This document shows, one piece after another, positions 25,018 through 37,583 of a stretch of DNA of 64,000 nucleotides (the first letter of the stretch is position 1; each line of letters opens with the position of its first letter). The notes under the pieces were generated by a model. The model saw only the letters and a program-made list of their open reading frames with translations. It had not been told where the DNA came from and did not search any database. The position numbers and the translations under genes are program-made. Where the stretch lies: the NCBI GenBank assembly GCA_010093815.1, contig ML996586.1, one strand, 5' to 3'. This DNA comes from Pseudovirgaria hyperparasitica. Taxonomy: Eukaryota.

Positions 25018-25636
25018 CCGCACGATTGTCATTTGGACGGCGTTCTTGGGCCTCTGAGGGGCTGGGCAGGTAAAAATGCATGAATCGGATCGAATCCTAC
25101 CAGTTAGCTCTGTCCTGTTGTCTCACAGCCTAGTCCTCCTCAACCTCCAGAATACTCTATAGAATTTATCGCTTTCAACTTTATTTCATAGTCATGGCGG
25201 ACCCAACATCAGGACTAGAGCAATCACCACTCCTGGTGAATACCGCAGAGGAAATATCCGATCATCGAGCGACCGAGACACCAAACCCGCAGAGTGAGAT
25301 GGAATATGCAGCTAACCCAAGACTCATTGCTCGTACATATTATCACCACAGTGAGCGAAATGCATCACGGCGATTCTCAAAGATAAAAGTCCGGCTGAGA
25401 CCGAAAGATGGGAGTCAAAAGGTATTTGGAAGGGATGCAAGGGATTGAATTTGACGATAGACATTATTCAAGCTTGACGAGGCTCTAAGTCTCGTTATTA
25501 TGGTACAAAAAGACTAATCTATTTGTAGACTAGACCGCCGAGGAACGCCAAGATCGAAGCGGTGCGATAACAGGCCCCACTAAAACTTTTCCTAGGCCCA
25601 TGCGGAATTTCTTCAATACAACCTTGGTACCGTTGT

Positions 25637-26864
25637 ATGGACGCCGCCAATATACTGAAAGCCCAAGGCTGGCGCGGTACAGGGCACTCACTTGACTCGG
25701 AAGGTCGTGGCCTTGCGAAACCCTTACTTGTCTCAAATAAGCAGGACCTACTGGGCATTGGTAAGAAAAAGAATCTGGTATCGGATCAATGGTGGATGCG
25801 AGCATTTGACGAGAGTCTAAAAGAATTAGGCACTGGGAACAAGGTAGAGATGAATGTTTACCTTTCTTTCCAACACACATAGCTGATTCGGTTCCTTTTA
25901 GACTACTCTACAATCCATCACAGAGAAAGGCGTCTCCCGAGGCGGACTATACGGCTTCTTCGTACGAGGCGAAGGTCTTCAAGGGACAATTGGCGCTGAG
26001 TCCACACTATCAGTATCTACAATAGAGTCCCTTGCATCATTCAATACCTCCGACCGCTCATCATCCGAACCTCCCTCTGCAACCTCATCCTCGGAATCTA
26101 CCACCATGACGAAAAAAGCAAAGGTCAATAAACGTCGACTTGCCGCTAAAGATGACGCATTCCTCAAGAAGATGCCTAAAAAGTGCAAACTAAGCGACGC
26201 AGAAAACTATGAAATATGGCTCCCAAAGCTGCAAAAAACCCAGCGAAAACTTGCTACGCGTGACGCCGAGATGAACAGCGTGACACTTGAAGAGCAGCTG
26301 AAGCGCGTAGGCTGGGATGTACCGCCGGCTACGTTCAACGAGACTAAAAGACAGTTCATACTGCTGAAAAAGCACAAGCGCCAAGCCCTGTATCTGCAGA
26401 GAACTGTCGAGGAGGTCATCAAGCACGGCGACACACTGGGGAAGAAGATTGAGGAAGACAAAAAGGCTGCACCACCATTGCAATCTGCTTTGGCGGAATT
26501 ACCGGCAAAGAAGCTTGAAAATTACAAGAAGCGTGCGTTAGAAAAGGGACTTAGTGTTGAGGCATATTACGAAGCGCGACAGAAGAAGAGGCGCGCTAAG
26601 AAGCGGCGACAGATGCGTGGCGACGGTTTTATATCGTTGGATGCCGAGGAAGAACAGGAAAGCAGCGATGACGATGGGAAAACGAAGAAGTCGTGGATAA
26701 AGGTTAATCGAGACAAGATACTTATGGAAATGGGCAAGAACCCGGCGACTGCGACAAAGGACGATAGAAAAGCTGCTGTCAGATATCTTAAGAGGCAGAA
26801 TAAAGCCAAAAAGAAAGGACCAGAGAAGAAAGGGGCCAAGCAAAGACAAGGTGGACGCAATTAG
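25637..26864 (+). CDS. TMA23: Tma23-like nucleolar G-patch-related protein; 2 exons
   Basis: N-terminus L..QGW.G.G..L...GL.KPLLV..K....GIG....DQWW.RAFD followed by a very Lys-rich C-terminus; intron about 25843-25901. Confidence 0.75.
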
Positions 26865-27022
26865 GCTGACGTAACGTTGTCAATAGGAAATACTTTGTGC
26901 ATTCAGCCAATAGTCCAGGTCTTTTCGACAAATCAACGGTGAATGATTATATGCAATGAGTACGTCTTCTCGTACAGATCATGTCGATGCCAGTACGCTT
27001 AGTTCATTGTGCGTTCAGCTCA

Positions 27023-28979
27023 TCAGTACACGCTGCTCAACCTTTTTCCGCCTTTAGACGATCTCCCATGCGACTGCTCGACAGTGATTCCCTTCGCCCT
27101 CGCCCATTCCACAGCATCCGGGTTCATGTCAGTGCAGTCATTGAGCTTCAATAATCGCAACTCCCTCATACCTCCCACCAATGCCCTGACACTCACTCCC
27201 GTCACCTTCGTGTTAGACAAGTTCAACGACTCCAACCTTGGGAAGAGCTCAGGGAACTTGGTAAACTCACTATCCGACAGTCTACAACCCTCCAAACAAA
27301 GGTCTTGCAGTGAGCTCAACGCCGGTAGGCTCAGCAATTCCATGATCTTCGCACGCGTCTGCTTCACCGATAGATCGAAGTACGTTATACATTCCGGGAT
27401 ACCGAAGCGTGCGAGTTGTGGCGTAGGTCTCTCTACGGCGTGCATAGGCGCCGATTCCAAGCCGTTCAAGAGCTCACGCAGTCCTTCCCATGTACTACCA
27501 AGATCGAAGTGCGAGATTTCGATTTCGGTGAGACTTGCGACTCCGGTTGCTGGAACTTCGACAAGGGCCGGGTCGTGGACAATGACCTGGGCTTGCCATA
27601 ACGCTGCGGGAGAGAGTTTTTGAATGCGTGTGAGCCCGATTTTACGGATGCTGTAGGGGAGTGGAACAGGATTTGCGATATATAGACGATCAAGGTTGAG
27701 ACTTTCGAGTGAGGGAAGGAGGCTGAAGGATTCCGAAGGTAGTTGGCCAGCAAAGTGCGAGAGCGAGAGATGGGTCAAATTGGGGGCTCGAGTGAAGAGT
27801 GAACCCTGAAAGAAAAGTTAACTATCAGGCGATGTGATGCTCGAAGCAGAAGACTTACCAGGTGAAACTGCTCGATGTTTATAGTGTGTTTGAGACCGAC
27901 ATGTAAAGTGAGCTTCTTGAGATGTGGCATGTCGGATTGCCAGTCTGCAACTCTATCACCCGGAATGACATTGAAACATTCGAGGTTGACCAGGGTCGGC
28001 CGTCGACGAAGGATTTGCGTTATTGTGTTATTTGAAATGCCCATATCGGCTGACAAGACTAAGGTCTTGAGATTCTTCGCACACATTGTAGCTTCAAGGA
28101 TAGACTCCCCAGCTCGAGAGCTAGGTCCTTGCAAGATGTTAATTGTTTCGAGCTGAGGGCATCTCGTTGCGATAGTCCGGAGGATATTCACATCGTCAAC
28201 ACGATGAATGATTACTTCAGTGACTTTTGAACGGGCCCTTTCGATACAATGTCGGAGGAAGCTAGCCTTGACCACTCGTTTTGCGTGGGAGAGATCAATT
28301 TTGGTCCACAGTGATTCGCGAGAGCCGATGAAACGGTACCAACTTCCTGACACTCTGAGGCAGTTTCTAGATCGAAGGGTCAACATGAAAGTAAACGAAT
28401 AGCGAAGTTGACATACACCCTGTTTCTAAACGTCAGGTAGCCCAGAATCATCTCAGCCAGTTCAACTGGCAAAACAGTAAGCGGATCGTGGGATCTTGGT
28501 GGAGCTAGCTCATGCTGAAGTTTATCACGTTTAGCTTTCAGTAACTGCATTGGTTAGTTCTCATGTCCCGGTGATTCGGGGCGATGAGATACAATATAGT
28601 CCTTGTCCGACACGGGGACATTCCTTGCACCATAATGATAGATGTCCAAAGCAACACCAGGCTTTTCCATCTTTTGCAAAATCTGCCCAGTTCGAAGGAA
28701 TCCCTACGACTCGTCAGCAGCTTTCAAGTGCGGACCACATGACCATACCTTGACATTCTTCTTATCTATCTTGATCATGTGCTGTGAATCTTGGAGTGCA
28801 CGATTGAAATTTCCCAGCTTGACATACGTTGCCGACCGGAGGTCGAGCAAATCTACAGAACCAGTGATCGAGGCATTGATCCCTTCGGTGAACGCGTCCA
28901 CTGCCTTTTGATATTCGTTTTGCTTGTAATACTGGATTCCTAACTCTTTATACTCCGTGACGGAAAGATTCTTCGGCAT
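27023..28979 (-). CDS. TPR + F-box + LRR protein (Dia2/Pof3-like); 5 exons
   Basis: N-terminal TPR helices (KELGIQYYKQNEYQKAVDAFT), F-box DPLTVLPVELAEMILGYL..CLRVSGSW, and C-terminal LRRs (LESLNLSNTKVTG). Confidence 0.85.
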
Positions 28980-29217
28980 ATTGATTCATTCACATGTATT
29001 GTCTCTCGTCAGTACCTGCAATTGTTGTAGATAGCCTCAATGTGTGAGTGTGAAAGGGTTCACGCGGAAGTTGATGTGTTGACCTAGAATGTCGAGGCTG
29101 CTGATTGGCCAGCCTTATTCTAGCGTCCCGAAACAAGCTCGACGCCAAAACATCGCGACGGGCCATGGGAGCTCTCTGATAAAGGTGCTCGCGCATCACC
29201 ACACGACAGTCTCCGAG

Positions 29218-31038
29218 ATGACAAGCATCGACGACCTATTCAAAAAGCCAAACGCGCCTGGGAAACGGAAAATCGAGCCCTTGACTGACCCTGAAAAGGT
29301 TTACAAATCTGCAAAGATCTCCGCAAATTCCGACGCCAAGCAACCACGAGCTTCAAGCGTGGAGGACGATGATGGCGAAGAAGCAGGACCCCAATTACCT
29401 CCGGAGAGTGAAGAGGAGGACTACGGGCCTGATGATGAAGAAGGAAGATTTTTCGGGAGTGGACTTGACGAAGGTACAAAAGATGCTATGGACTATCTCG
29501 ACGAGCAAGACGGAGAGGAAACATTCATACCCGAGAAGATTGACAGTTCATGGCTGAAAAAGACGGCCTTAAACTTTGAGAAGAGAATAGCGAAGAACGC
29601 AGAGCTACGTGGGAAGTACGAGGAGGAGCCTCAGAAGTTCATGGGCTCGGAATCAGACCTGGACGATGATATCAAGGCGTTGTCGATACTTTCAGAGCAT
29701 TCGGAGTTGTACGCCGAATTCGCGAAGCTAGGGAGTGCTGCAAAGCTGGTATCGCTTCTATCGCACGAGAATACAGACATTGCCATCGACGCAATAGAGA
29801 TTATAAGCGAATTGACCGACGAAGACGTAGAAGCAGAACAAGAGCAATGGGACGCTCTGGTGGACGGGCTTATGGAGGCAGACATACTCGACCTGTTGAC
29901 TCAGAATTTTGATCGCTTCGACGAGACGAACGATTCGGATCGTAGTGGAGTATATCATGCTCTAGGCGTCATCGAGCACCTTATTTCGAGGCCTAAGATG
30001 GCTGAGACAATAGGAGAAACTACAAAACTTTTGCCCTGGCTAGTTTCCAGGATACAAGTAAAAGAAGCAAGGCTAGGTCAAAACAAGCAATACGCAGCCG
30101 AGATACTCTCCATCATCCTACAATCCTCAGACTCAACCCGTAAACGCTTTCTCGAGCTTGATGGCGTGGATACTCTCCTCACTATACTTGCCGCCTACCG
30201 GAAAAGAGATCCCCAGAAAGACTCCGAAGAGGAGGAGTATGTTGAGAATCTCTTCGATGCACTAACATGCGTAGTTGACGAACCTGAAGGCAAAGCCAAA
30301 TTTGTGGAAGCCGAAGGTGTAGAGCTATGCCTGATCATGCTCAAAGAAGGGAAGATGAGTAAAGCACGCGCTTTGACCGTTCTCGACCATGCCCTAGCCG
30401 ATCGCACAGATACTAGTAGCATGAAAGCAGATGCTGCCGAAAATGCAAGACTCGACAGCACAGTGCCCGTCATGCAAGGCGGTGACGTATGCCAAAAACT
30501 CGTCGAAGCAGAAGGTCTCAAGCGCATCTTCAGCCTGTTCATGAAGAAGAACGACAGCTCGACGAACGAACATCTCTTGGGCATCTTTTCATCACTTCTC
30601 AAGTCACTTCCTGGTAGCTCGGCCCAGCGCATACGAACGCTCGCGAAATTTATGGAGAAAGATTACGAGAAAATATCCAAAACCATCGTTCTCCGTCGCG
30701 ATTATGCAACTCGTCTTGCAGCAGTAGATCAGCGGATCAAACGGGAGCAAACCAACCTCGACTTGGCAGATCGCGAAGCCATGGAGGATGAATGGTTCTC
30801 GCGGAGACTTGATGCTGGACTATTCTGTCTCCAGACCGTTGATGTGATATTAGCCTGGCTAGTTGCAGAAGACGACGGTGCAAAGAAGAAGATCCAGGAG
30901 CTATTAGCAAAACGGAATGAGACGTTAGCTGACGTTAAGCGCACAATTCAGGGGCAGATAGATCAAATCCATGTGTCGGACAGGGCAGAAGAGGGCGCAC
31001 TGAAAGATATGCTTCAGACTTTACTGTCCTTTCTGTGA
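29218..31038 (+). CDS. CTNNBL1: Beta-catenin-like protein 1 (spliceosome-associated), single exon
   Basis: FEKRI.KNAELRGKY...PQKFMGSE.DLD, LLSHENTDIA, NKQYAAEIL, RRLDAGLFCLQ. Likely start MTSIDDLFK at 29218. Confidence 0.92.
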   Translation: MTSIDDLFKKPNAPGKRKIEPLTDPEKVYKSAKISANSDAKQPRASSVEDDDGEEAGPQLPPESEEEDYGPDDEEGRFFGSGLDEGTKDAMDYLDEQDGEETFIPEKIDSSWLKKTALNFEKRIAKNAELRGKYEEEPQKFMGSESDLDDDIKALSILSEHSELYAEFAKLGSAAKLVSLLSHENTDIAIDAIEIISELTDEDVEAEQEQWDALVDGLMEADILDLLTQNFDRFDETNDSDRSGVYHALGVIEHLISRPKMAETIGETTKLLPWLVSRIQVKEARLGQNKQYAAEILSIILQSSDSTRKRFLELDGVDTLLTILAAYRKRDPQKDSEEEEYVENLFDALTCVVDEPEGKAKFVEAEGVELCLIMLKEGKMSKARALTVLDHALADRTDTSSMKADAAENARLDSTVPVMQGGDVCQKLVEAEGLKRIFSLFMKKNDSSTNEHLLGIFSSLLKSLPGSSAQRIRTLAKFMEKDYEKISKTIVLRRDYATRLAAVDQRIKREQTNLDLADREAMEDEWFSRRLDAGLFCLQTVDVILAWLVAEDDGAKKKIQELLAKRNETLADVKRTIQGQIDQIHVSDRAEEGALKDMLQTLLSFL

Positions 31039-31064
31039 TTACAGACTCCAGATAGCTGGCTCCG

Positions 31065-31985
31065 TCAATCCACCAATTCCTCCTTCTCACACTTCTCAAT
31101 CCAGGTCTCAATGACCTCGACCGTCCTCCCCAAGTCTGTCAAATACGGCGCATGCCCGGTAGCACTCTCATACACAGTCCACACCGCGCCTTCCTTCCCG
31201 GTAGTCTCATTGATCATCGCCTCCTGCAGCGGCAGTGGAATGATGTTATCCGCGAGGCACTTCAAATAAGCCGTCGCGACCTTCGCATACGGTGAATTCG
31301 TCAACGGGCTCATCTGCGGCGCCGCAGGCAACAGCGGCGGAAACGACGCAACTCGCTCGTCAGACGGCTGATTCATCGGGTCATTGTACAGAAATATCTC
31401 TGGGCGCAGGAGCTCCACCAGTCCGTTTTCCTCCGCCAAAGTCAGCACCTCCATATCTTCGGCCTCTATGTCATACGCTCAGGGGAGAAAAACACGTACG
31501 TGGATCTTGAAGCAGGCTAAGTCTTTCCCCTCTACCGCCGCATAATACTCGCCAAATCGCATTGATGCGCTCCCGCCCTTACACACCGCAAACGTAGTCA
31601 TGTAGAGTATACCTAATACTCCTCCCTTCTGCCCCTTCGCCTTCCGCTCTCGCACCAGATACTCTAGCTTCGCAGCTTCGGTCGAGCTCGCGCCTCCAGC
31701 GCTGTGTGCTATCATCACGACGTACTTTCCTTGCGCGACGACCAAGTCGTCGAGGATTTGGGCGAGCAGGACGGCGTCGGTGGCGTTGGAAGGCAGACCG
31801 GACGCGGGCGCCGGGTTGGCGAATGTAGGGTTGGCCAAGGTGCCGGCGTTGGTATGTAAGGGATCAGACGAGGGGAGTTGGGGGGCGCTCACAGGGAATT
31901 TGGTGCGCAGGGTCGTGAGAAGGGTGGTGTAGTGTGCGGGGGAGTTGTACATGCCATGGGCGAAGAGGATTGTTGGGGTTGACGT
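31065..31985 (-). CDS. Alpha/beta hydrolase (Abhydrolase_6-like) with apparent ACG start; may be decaying
   Basis: PTILFAHG, AHSAGG nucleophile elbow, CLADNIIP and TGHAPY. First ATG (31952) lies after the HG motif. Intron 31499-31431 ends in GAG. Confidence 0.75.
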
Positions 31986-32283
31986 CTTGCACGGTGATAG
32001 GGTTAGATAGGAAAGAGATTTTAAAACTACGAGGGATAATCGTATGAACTGAAACTCGCAACGTCAAGATATTGGGGGACGGATCTGCTGGTGCTGACTG
32101 CAAGAGACGCGGTTGAGATAGAGTTTGACTTCGGGGCACACTTGAAAGCCAACAGCTCAAATCCCTCCACGTGATCGAAAGCCGTGTGGTCGATAGCGTA
32201 GGAGCAACCACTTTTATCTACCCTACATAAATCATGTGCTAATTGGTCATTTGAGAACAGTGGACGCCTTACTCGACTAAAAA

Positions 32284-33840
32284 TCAGAACACCACTCTCG
32301 GGTCCCAGCCCACTCGAAGAACCTTCGCCCACAGGAAACACATCGAGCTGAGCACATAGCACGCGCCAGTAAACAACACCACCGCCCAATAGTGCCCGCC
32401 AGCTGCCGTTACCAATGCTCCCGCAATCGGTACGCCTGTCAACGTTCCAAGACTGACGACACTGTAGCATGTCGCATAGTATCGTCCATAGTTCTGCGTC
32501 TCGCACAACTGCCCAACACAAACCGGCGTCAGACTAATATTGCTGCCACTGAACAAACCAAACATAGCGGCAAATGCGATTGTCAACCCCTTGACAGCAG
32601 CAGGTTTGTCATGCAAGACCGCGGCAGGCATCCAAAGCGCAAACGAGCTAACCACGCACAACGAGAGCGCGACCAGCATGCAATTGAACCGTCCAACTTT
32701 GTCGCTGAGCAGTCCTGGCGCCCATCGCCCGATACTTGAGGCTGCGTTCAATATCGCGATGAGCTGATAGCTGAAATCACGCGTCATGGTCCCGGTCGAG
32801 AGTGCAAACGTCGTGATGTATGCGATGGGAACGAACAGGCCCCACTCCATGAAATACACGCCTGTGGTCGTGAGGGCAAAGCTCAAGTCCCGGAAGATTC
32901 GAACGTCGGGCATGACGCTGCTGCCGGGTTTCGGGGGGAGACGACTCCTGATCAGGAGATTGGCCATGATACATGACACGAGGAAGATGAGAGCAAGCAC
33001 GCGCGTTGCCCAAGCAAATCCGATTTCTGTGAATAGGCGTTGAAGCATCAACGGGTAAACGACGCCGCCGCAAGCACCACCGGTCGCGGCGAGTCCTGTG
33101 GCATTCCCTCGTTTCTTATTGAAGTAGTGTCCAATGGCCGAGATGGAAGGCGTAAATATCAGAGAGGAGCCAGCCCCGCCGAGCAAGCCGAAAGTGAGCA
33201 TGAAATGCCAATACTCTAACATAGTTGTCAACATTAGACGAAACATCAAGGGGAGTGAGACGACATACGAGTCGAGAACGAGAAAAGCAACATAGAAAGC
33301 ACGATGAGGACACTTCCGGAGAAGATTAACAATCGTGGACCTTTTGCATCGAATATTGGGCCGATCTGTATGCCACAGAAGAAGGAAAGGAATGTATAAA
33401 CAGAAAATATCCAGCCAATTGCACTTTCGCTATATTCACTCAATTGATGCTCGAACAAATACGCCTGGAATACGCCCTGAGTATTCCTGCTCGTAGGTGA
33501 GTACAAGATGTGAGTGGAGGTTAGGATACACTCACATCATGCCAAAAGATGCAAACATGCCACAGAATGAACCAAAAACAACGAGCCATGCTCGCAGACC
33601 CCCTTCCGGGTATGTGATCTCATCATTAGGCCCGCCTACGACCTCATCTTCGCGAGTCATATCATGCGGTTCCTTGCTCCGTTCACTACTCATAGGTGCA
33701 GTACCATCGGTCGAATTTTCATTCTGTCTAGATATTCGGCTATCGCGAGAACGTGTTGGCTCGAGGTGTGTTGATGATGTCACCGGTATGCCACATGGGT
33801 CGAGGTGTCCGGGTCGGTCCTCTGAGTGTTCTAGTGTCAT
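32284..33840 (-). CDS. MFS monocarboxylate-transporter family protein (Mch4/Mch5-like); 3 exons
   Basis: [38 protein letters not shown] and DKVGRFN motifs. Confidence 0.92.
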
Positions 33841-35409
33841 CAATGATCTCGTGCAGTGGGAGGGAGAATATAAATCGGAAATATGTGGATAACGATACGG
33901 GTTGATGTGGAATATCTATGACTGGGTGAACGGATCGCTCGTTGGCAGGCTGTCGATCAACGATGTTTGGTCGTGGGATTACAGCTACCTCCCAGGGTCA
34001 ACCAGGCCTTCTCGTCCAGAGCAAACTATCCAATTGGTGAAGCAAGCAGATTTTACAGGAAAACGGCGGGGAATATATAATTATTGAGGGCCGCGATGTC
34101 GCCGAAGGCACCCTAAGCGACCCACCAGTTGCATGGATTAAGGATGCTAACACAGGTGTTGAGTAAAAGTTTGCCCGTATTAGTGGCAATGCCACCACTC
34201 GATCTTGGGCCCACTCCATCGCCATTGGCAGCCCTAACGTCGACGCTTTAACGTTATTGAAGGCTGCGTTGGTCATGACCTAGAGGCAGCGCGGTTCGCG
34301 GCGCTATCCGAAGGTTTCACACCCTGCGCCTTGTTGTCGAACTCGTCAATGTCCATGAGAAATCGAGAATGACGCGAACGCGGCGCGAGAGCGCATGCTT
34401 TCATAACCAGTAAAAATACAGGGTTAGTCCAATCTTTATCATGTCGTCTTACATAGCACATAGCTAGTGTTGCTCGCAAGAACGGAGATCGCTCCCAGGA
34501 TAGGTTATGTAAATGCCATAGACCTGGTTCGAGTTTGAGAACTCATTCCCCATTTCTCCGGAACGATATGAAATAGAGTTGGTAAGTACTAATCAGTCGC
34601 AGCATCATGATTTAAGACCGAGACCGAGACCAAATGATGCCTGCTCTGCAGATTAGGCAACCAACAGAGTAGTCAAAGGCGAACTGGAGCCCTATGTGCG
34701 TACATGCCTCGAACCGCTTGATGACTTTACACGGGTCGACTATCATTCAGGAGTTGACTGCTGAGATACCATTGAGGTGATGATGATATGGTGGGTAGCA
34801 AGCTTCGCGGAGATAATGATTGCTAGATTACATGTCGGCGTGAAAAATAGATCGAGATGGGAAAAGCTTTGGGATTTGGGATCCTGGCGCGTGTACCGTC
34901 GGTAGCTTGACTAGTATGATAAACACCCCCCGTATGCGAATATTGTAGTATAGACACAAGCCCCCTATAACTAAGGTTATTCTTTTTTGTACATAATCCA
35001 ATTCTAATTCAAGTGGGTTATGACTAACCGATCATAGGAGCTTATTTGCAGGTAGTATTTTAATAATACTATCGACTAATATTACTGTTGGACATAGCAT
35101 TAACAAGCGTTTTGGAAGTTATGATAGTAAATGTATTAATCTACATCTGGGGAGTAGTTTCCACATTTTGCTTGAAAGTCCTTTGACCTGCCTAAAGACA
35201 TATAGAGATCTAATAGCGAGATATATGAGAGGTTGCCCTGTATGTGGTAGTGCCGAGTCACTTAAGATTGATTTTGCGATAATGGTTCACGTATGTTTTA
35301 TAAGTAGAATGATGAGATTCTATGTTGTCATGAGCTTTCGCATAGCCACCCATTTTACTGGCCTTATGCTTCGTAGATACTTATATTACAACATCTGCGT
35401 CAAGCCGCG

Positions 35410-36526
35410 TCACTGCAAATACCTGTCCATAAACCTCTCCACCGCCGCCAGCCCAACCTCCGCCTGACTCCCCTCGGCCTGAACCATAACATATCCATGA
35501 AACGCCCCTGGAATAATCACCACATCCGCCACCCCACCACACATCTGCCACTTCGCACTCATAAACACCGTATCATCCAACAAACAATCCTCCGTCCCAC
35601 ACGTAAACAATGCCGGTGGCAGTCTGCCCCTATACCTCCCCCAATCCACATACAGCGGACTCACCGCCGGATCCCGCAACCCAGCAGCATCCCTAACCCC
35701 CGGCAAAAACGCGTCCCGGAACCGCATGACCGCCTCCTCATCGAGCACCAGTGGCGACTCCTTCCGGAAAAGCCCCACCGACGGCGTGCCCCCAGCATCG
35801 AAACACCCAAAATGCAACACCAACCCCCTGAGCGCAAACCCACTGAACCGCGCATCCGCATGCCCTAGCAAATGCGCCGCTACAAGCGCACTCAAATGCG
35901 CGCCTGCGCTCTCGCCGCCCACAAAGCACAGCCGCGCACCACCGCCCCCGAGCCGGGTGTCCGCCTCCGCATGTTCAATTAGCCACTCCGCCGCGTCGAA
36001 GCAGTCCTCCGGTGCTGCGGGGAAGGTGTGCTCGGGCGCGCAACGGTAGCCGACGGAGACGACGACGACGGCGTTAGTGGTGGCTATGGCCTGGAGGACG
36101 GAGTCATGCGAGCGTTCGTGGCCGAGGACCCAGCCGCCGCCGTGAATGTGCATGAAGATGCCCCTGATTGGGGTGCGTGCTGTGGGTTCCGGGTGGAAGA
36201 CGGCGCAGGGGATAGAGCGGTTGGAGTCACGGGATGGAATGTCGAGGGAAGCTGCGGAGGTGAGTTTTGTGAGAGGGGGGAAGGCTGTTTGGCCGGCGTC
36301 ACGCATGGTGCGGTATTTGGCGGCGCCGACCTTCGGGGAAGATGGTGAGCTGTCGGTGTTTTAGGGGGGAAGGACCGGGTGGGATACGTACGGTCCACCA
36401 ATTTGGGATGTCTTTGGTTATGGCCATGAGGTTGTCGTTGAATGCGGTGACGGCGGGGGGGATGGCGGCTGGGTCGAAGACATCTGGGTTGATGTTGACT
36501 GCTTGTGAGTGTGTGGAGGTTGCCAT
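35410..36526 (-). CDS. HSL/GDXG-family esterase (Abhydrolase_3); 2 exons
   Basis: HIHGGGW, YRCAPEH, GESAGA, D.LLDD and AFHGY catalytic motifs. Confidence 0.92.
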
Positions 36527-37583
36527 GTTTGTTTGTTGTTGTGTTGCGTGGGAATATTATTTGTAGTGTTTGATTGGGATGATGGTAGATTCTAATGTCT
36601 ATGCTGCAGAGATAGAAAGGGAACCCTGGTCATCTTGATAAAGGTGCCATCGAGTCTTAAGCTCGGCAGAAGTGAGTCCTGGTCCGGATGCGACTCGATG
36701 TCGGCAGTTCAGAGCTTCCCCTCTTCACAGTGGGGCATCATGTGCTTAGCGCTAGAAGTGCTGAAGTAGCCGTAGAATACGAACACCAGATGTAATGGAT
36801 TAAGACGTAGATTCAGTCTCTATATGGCCTCTACATGAGGATGTCTCTACAACTCAAGATCACTAGATCGTACTTACCTATGTGTCTGCTTTCAACGAAA
36901 GACAGTCCCTAAATATCATATAGAAAGTCTCATATTCTATCTAAATTTAATAGTTTGACTACTCTTCCTTTACATCTCTATCTTCGCCGCCTCTACTACC
37001 GCTTCTACTACCGCTTCTACATCCATCTTGCTAGACTCCCTACACAACTCAACCACAACAGCGAGATAACATCCTAGATTTCGTCCTATACCCTGTATCT
37101 CTTCTCTTCTGTAGCATCTATTTTATGATGTCGAGTTTGCCCACAGCACTGTTACATGTCAAAGGTATTAGGAGGCTAGCACATGTCATATCCTCAATAC
37201 GGACGCGTGTAGCTAGAGTTATTGTGTACGACCAAAGAGGAGGCAGGTTAGGGGCGTACAACACGTCATGTGTTGCTGTTTGCGAATCATGGGTGGATAT
37301 AGAGAACTTCATGGGTAGTGGAGTTATAGTGCCAGTTTTCTGGGTGTAAAGTTTATGTAGATTGTACATAGCACACTTCACACAGCGAAATTGTTTCTAC
37401 TAAATACCATCCAGATAAAGGTTCTTAGATTAATTTGTAGAAGCTTCCATTATGATTCGGACTTCAGTTCCGGGTATTAGCTCGCCATCCGCTTCTTTAA
37501 CTCCTCGAATCCGATCATTCATAGGAGCCCGCCTGTCCCGCCCCCTATTCTCCAATGCCCCCAAATATGCCACTATAACGTCC

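Noticed and set aside
25194..25448. 84-aa ORF between ValRS and TMA23
   Set aside because: No domain or targeting signal; cannot be supported.
29089..29217. 43-codon N-terminal extension of the CTNNBL1 ORF
   Set aside because: Lies in the short divergent promoter; the conserved-looking N-terminus begins at 29218.
36780..37450. AT-rich intergenic stretch with a CTACTACCGCTT repeat
   Set aside because: Possibly an old repeat relic, but no termini or protein motif could be identified.
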